Shown: piece by piece, positions 61,714 to 64,000 of the stretch
How positions within the stretch are numbered: the stretch's first letter is position 1
How the letters are laid out: every line of letters starts with the position of its first letter
Source of the DNA: a virus
IMG/VR virus record: IMGVR_UViG_3300001533_002237
Location: 30,309 to 94,308 of that record
Strand: one strand, 5' to 3'
Length of the DNA: 64,000 bases
The notes under the pieces: model-generated
The model's database searches: none
What the model was told of the DNA's origin: nothing
Seen by the model: the letters and a program-made list of their open reading frames with translations, nothing else
Translations under genes and position numbers: made by a program

Positions 61714-61829
61714 GCAGTGCGGAAATATATTACAAACTTTGATACGAGAGATGAACCTTTTTGTTTTATTTTTGTGGGTGGGAAATTAAAATTTGAATAT
61801 TTATATATAGAATAAAACTATTTATTAAT

Positions 61830-62756
61830 ATGGAATTAAGAAAATTTATAGCAACTAGTATACGTGAATATTTGAATGAACAAATTACCTTTGATAATTT
61901 TAATTTAAATTCTGATTTTATTGGTGATTTAAAAAAAGAATTATCCAAATTCAAATCGGATGAAGATTTACTTAGAAGTGGGGGTCTTTCAATTGAATTA
62001 TTAGATAGATTAGCACATGGTTTTTCAGAAGAAGATATAAAAACTCTCAATCCAAATCAATTAAAAATAAAATGGAAAGATGATTTAGAAAATGTTAAAT
62101 GGGAGATAAATAAAAGCGGATTAACACCAAAACAGTGGGCTTTTAAAGTAGATTTATCAGAACCAATTGATGTTTCATATTGGGAAGATAATAAACATAA
62201 AAAAGATTTCTATATTGAGGATGGACATCATAGATATATGGCTGCTAAAATTTTAAATAAACCACTTAATGTTAATTTAGAAATAGAAGTTAATCCCATA
62301 AAGATAATAGCACCAAATATGGGTTATGATGAGTTTCATAGATATATCTTCAAATCATTTAAAAGTGATAAATTAAATGAAGAGTTAATTAATAACAATA
62401 TAATTACCGTTTATCATGGAATAAAACCAAAATTTGTTAATGACATAAAAAGAAATGGTTTAATTGATAAGTCTGGTTATAATCAAGGTTGGTATATGGT
62501 TTCAACTGATTTTGAAAGTGCGTTATTTCATGCACATCCTGATGAAAATGATAATAATGTTTATGTTGTTGAGTTTGAAATCCCTAATAAACAAAATGAT
62601 AGATGGGATGGTTATCCATATTTATGGAAAGGGCAAAAAATGAAAGATAATTCTACTTGGTTTGCATTGATGCAACAAATACCTAAAGAATTTATTAAAA
62701 AAACACATAAAATAAATTATACTGATTGGATTAAACAAAAAAATCGAGGGTTTTAA
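61830..62756 (+). CDS. Cassette gene: ParB/Srx-like plus ADP-ribosyltransferase-like domains with a virion-protein-like N-terminus
   Basis: MELRKFIATSIREYLNE; IEDGHHR; VYHG...GWYMVSTD..SA...VVEFE. Confidence 0.55.
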   Translation: MELRKFIATSIREYLNEQITFDNFNLNSDFIGDLKKELSKFKSDEDLLRSGGLSIELLDRLAHGFSEEDIKTLNPNQLKIKWKDDLENVKWEINKSGLTPKQWAFKVDLSEPIDVSYWEDNKHKKDFYIEDGHHRYMAAKILNKPLNVNLEIEVNPIKIIAPNMGYDEFHRYIFKSFKSDKLNEELINNNIITVYHGIKPKFVNDIKRNGLIDKSGYNQGWYMVSTDFESALFHAHPDENDNNVYVVEFEIPNKQNDRWDGYPYLWKGQKMKDNSTWFALMQQIPKEFIKKTHKINYTDWIKQKNRGF

Positions 62757-62816
62757 AAAATAAAACAAAAAGATTATAACCAAAAAACTTAATACGAAGC
62801 AGAAACGTAGCATTGC

Positions 62817-62924
62817 ATATAACGAACGTTTTAACACAAAACTTAAATAGAATGAATAAATATAACAATTAGTATAAACTTTATTTTGAAAAACGAATAA
62901 AATGTTTTATATTTGTTGTTATAA
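62817..62924 (-). repeat. attC-like site 2 (irregular, AT-rich)
   Basis: TAAC 62820 and GTTA 62918; internal stem AATAAATATAA/TTATATTTGTT. Confidence 0.55.
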
Positions 62925-62950
62925 GTATGTAAAATAAAAACGGTAAAATT

Positions 62951-63115
62951 ATGAAAAAGAAAATTAAAGCAGAATTTAGACAAACTAACATTCAAAATTT
63001 GAATGAGTTGACAGAAGAACAAAAGTTTGAATTTCAGAAAGCACTTGAAAAAGAGTTAGAAAGTAAAAATGAAGAAATTCAAATTTTGATTAAGGAAATT
63101 AATAGTAGTAAGTAG
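62951..63115 (+). CDS. Cassette gene: 54-aa hypothetical protein
   Basis: MKKKIKAEFRQTNIQNLNELTEEQKFEFQ...; fills the cassette. Confidence 0.6.
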   Translation: MKKKIKAEFRQTNIQNLNELTEEQKFEFQKALEKELESKNEEIQILIKEINSSK

Positions 63116-63130
63116 TTTTTATTTTATTAC

Positions 63131-63224
63131 TTATAACGGTTTGCGTATATGAGAAGTGGCACTTGTAGAATGTTAAAATTAAGCACAAATGTTTCTGTGC
63201 CATTTCTTATATACGCTGTTATAA
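63131..63224 (-). repeat. attC-like site 3
   Basis: TAAC 63134 + 20-bp stem GCGTATATGAGAAGTGGCAC / GTGCCATTTCTTATATACGC + GTTA 63218. Confidence 0.85.
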
Positions 63225-63261
63225 GCTGGCTGCGGATTATTAACGATAAACTTTAATTGAA

Positions 63262-63909
63262 ATGAAAATATTAATAGCTTGTGAGGAGAGCCAAGAAGTT
63301 TGCAGAGCTTTCCGAGAATTAGGATTTGAGGCTTATAGTTGCGACCTACAAGAATGTAGCGGTGGAAAACCCGAATGGCACATTGTAGGCGATGCAGTTA
63401 AAGAGGCTTATAGTGGCAAATATGATATGATGATTGCACACCCACCTTGCACTTATATGAGTAGGGCTGGAGCAAGATGGATGTATCCAACGGCAGGTAA
63501 TTTGTGCCAAGATAGATACGCAAAAGCAATGGAAGCTAAAGCTATGTTTTTGGAACTACTTAATGCACCGATTGAACTTATTGCAGTTGAAAACCCAGCA
63601 CCATTAAAAGTAGTTGAATTGCCAAAACATAGCCAAGCGATACAGCCATACGAATATGGACACGAATACAGTAAACGAACTTTATTATGGTTGAAAAATT
63701 TGCCACTATTAAAGCCGACCGATATTAAAAGCAATTATAAGCCGTATTTACCGAGCAATACAGGAGGAAAGAAACGAGGACAAAGTTATAGCAGAGGAGT
63801 TTCAAAGAACGCAAAGGAAAGCTCAAAAACTTTTAGTGGTGTGGCAAAAGCTATGGCTGAACAATGGGGAACTTTCATTCGGAGCAGGAACGTAGCAGCT
63901 TGCTTATAA
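63262..63909 (+). CDS. Cassette gene: phage-type DNA cytosine methyltransferase-like protein
   Basis: LIACEES, SCDL, AHPPCTY, VENP, SKTF.G.A.AMAEQW; stop TAA lies inside the TAAC core. Confidence 0.75.
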   Translation: MKILIACEESQEVCRAFRELGFEAYSCDLQECSGGKPEWHIVGDAVKEAYSGKYDMMIAHPPCTYMSRAGARWMYPTAGNLCQDRYAKAMEAKAMFLELLNAPIELIAVENPAPLKVVELPKHSQAIQPYEYGHEYSKRTLLWLKNLPLLKPTDIKSNYKPYLPSNTGGKKRGQSYSRGVSKNAKESSKTFSGVAKAMAEQWGTFIRSRNVAACL

Positions 63910-64000
63910 CGGCTGGCGGTATGAAACGTAGCGGATTTCGTGGTTGCGAACTTATCCACCGTTACAAACCTTGCAAGCGGGGACTGAACTTACAAATTGC
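63904..64000 (-). repeat. attC-like site 4 (truncated by window end)
   Basis: TAAC 63907 + GGCTGGCGGTATGAAACGTAGC, closely similar to the left arm of site 1. Confidence 0.7.

Larger units (their letters stand above)
58661..64000. mobile_element. Integron-like gene cassette array (no integrase in window)
   Basis: Four attC-like sites delimit single-ORF units whose two ends are reverse-complementary. Confidence 0.75.

Noticed and set aside
2269-63734. Short nested or antisense ORFs in the track (e.g. 2269, 5047, 25318, 31939, 35047, 61766, 63453)
   Set aside because: Shadows of longer motif-bearing genes, with no independent signals.
1-64000. Genome-wide stop-codon reassignment
   Set aside because: Long genes are intact in code 11; TGA and TAG end genes directly before terminators or in ATGA overlaps (e.g. 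30838, 33661, 35636).
61621-64000. CRISPR array, REP elements or plain terminators
   Set aside because: The repeats are divergent 90-110-nt hairpins with TAAC/GTTA cores separated by whole genes and without U-tracts.

Overview
A 64-kb, very AT-rich segment of a large (jumbo-type) dsDNA phage. The host is most likely Bacteroidota, because TAnnTTTG-type promoters occur throughout. 1-30.8 kb is mostly core: virion/tail-like proteins, RuvC-like resolvase, primase, ECF sigma factor, Hsp20, fused SbcD-SbcC, two amidases and putative head-packaged proteins. 31-58 kb is accessory: M23 peptidase, exonucleases, HD and HAD hydrolases, thioredoxin, a J/kinase-vWA-PurA-like cluster, DNA ligase, a GGQ release-factor-like protein, tRNA-like/structured RNAs, RNA ligase, Thg1, AAA ATPase and Dda helicase, plus many homing-type endonucleases. 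The most striking element starts at about 58.6 kb and runs off the right edge. It is an integron-like cassette array with four attC-like sites (TAAC...hairpin...GTTA). It carries a bacterial-looking C-protein-controlled type II R-M system and three cassettes with phage-type genes oriented against the inferred attC polarity. No integrase lies in the window. Also visible are eight exact TTGTAAC-N16-CGTAT ECF-type promoters, a GTATTTAT putative late promoter, and two aberrant tRNA-like RNAs. All product calls come from motif recognition, not database searches.
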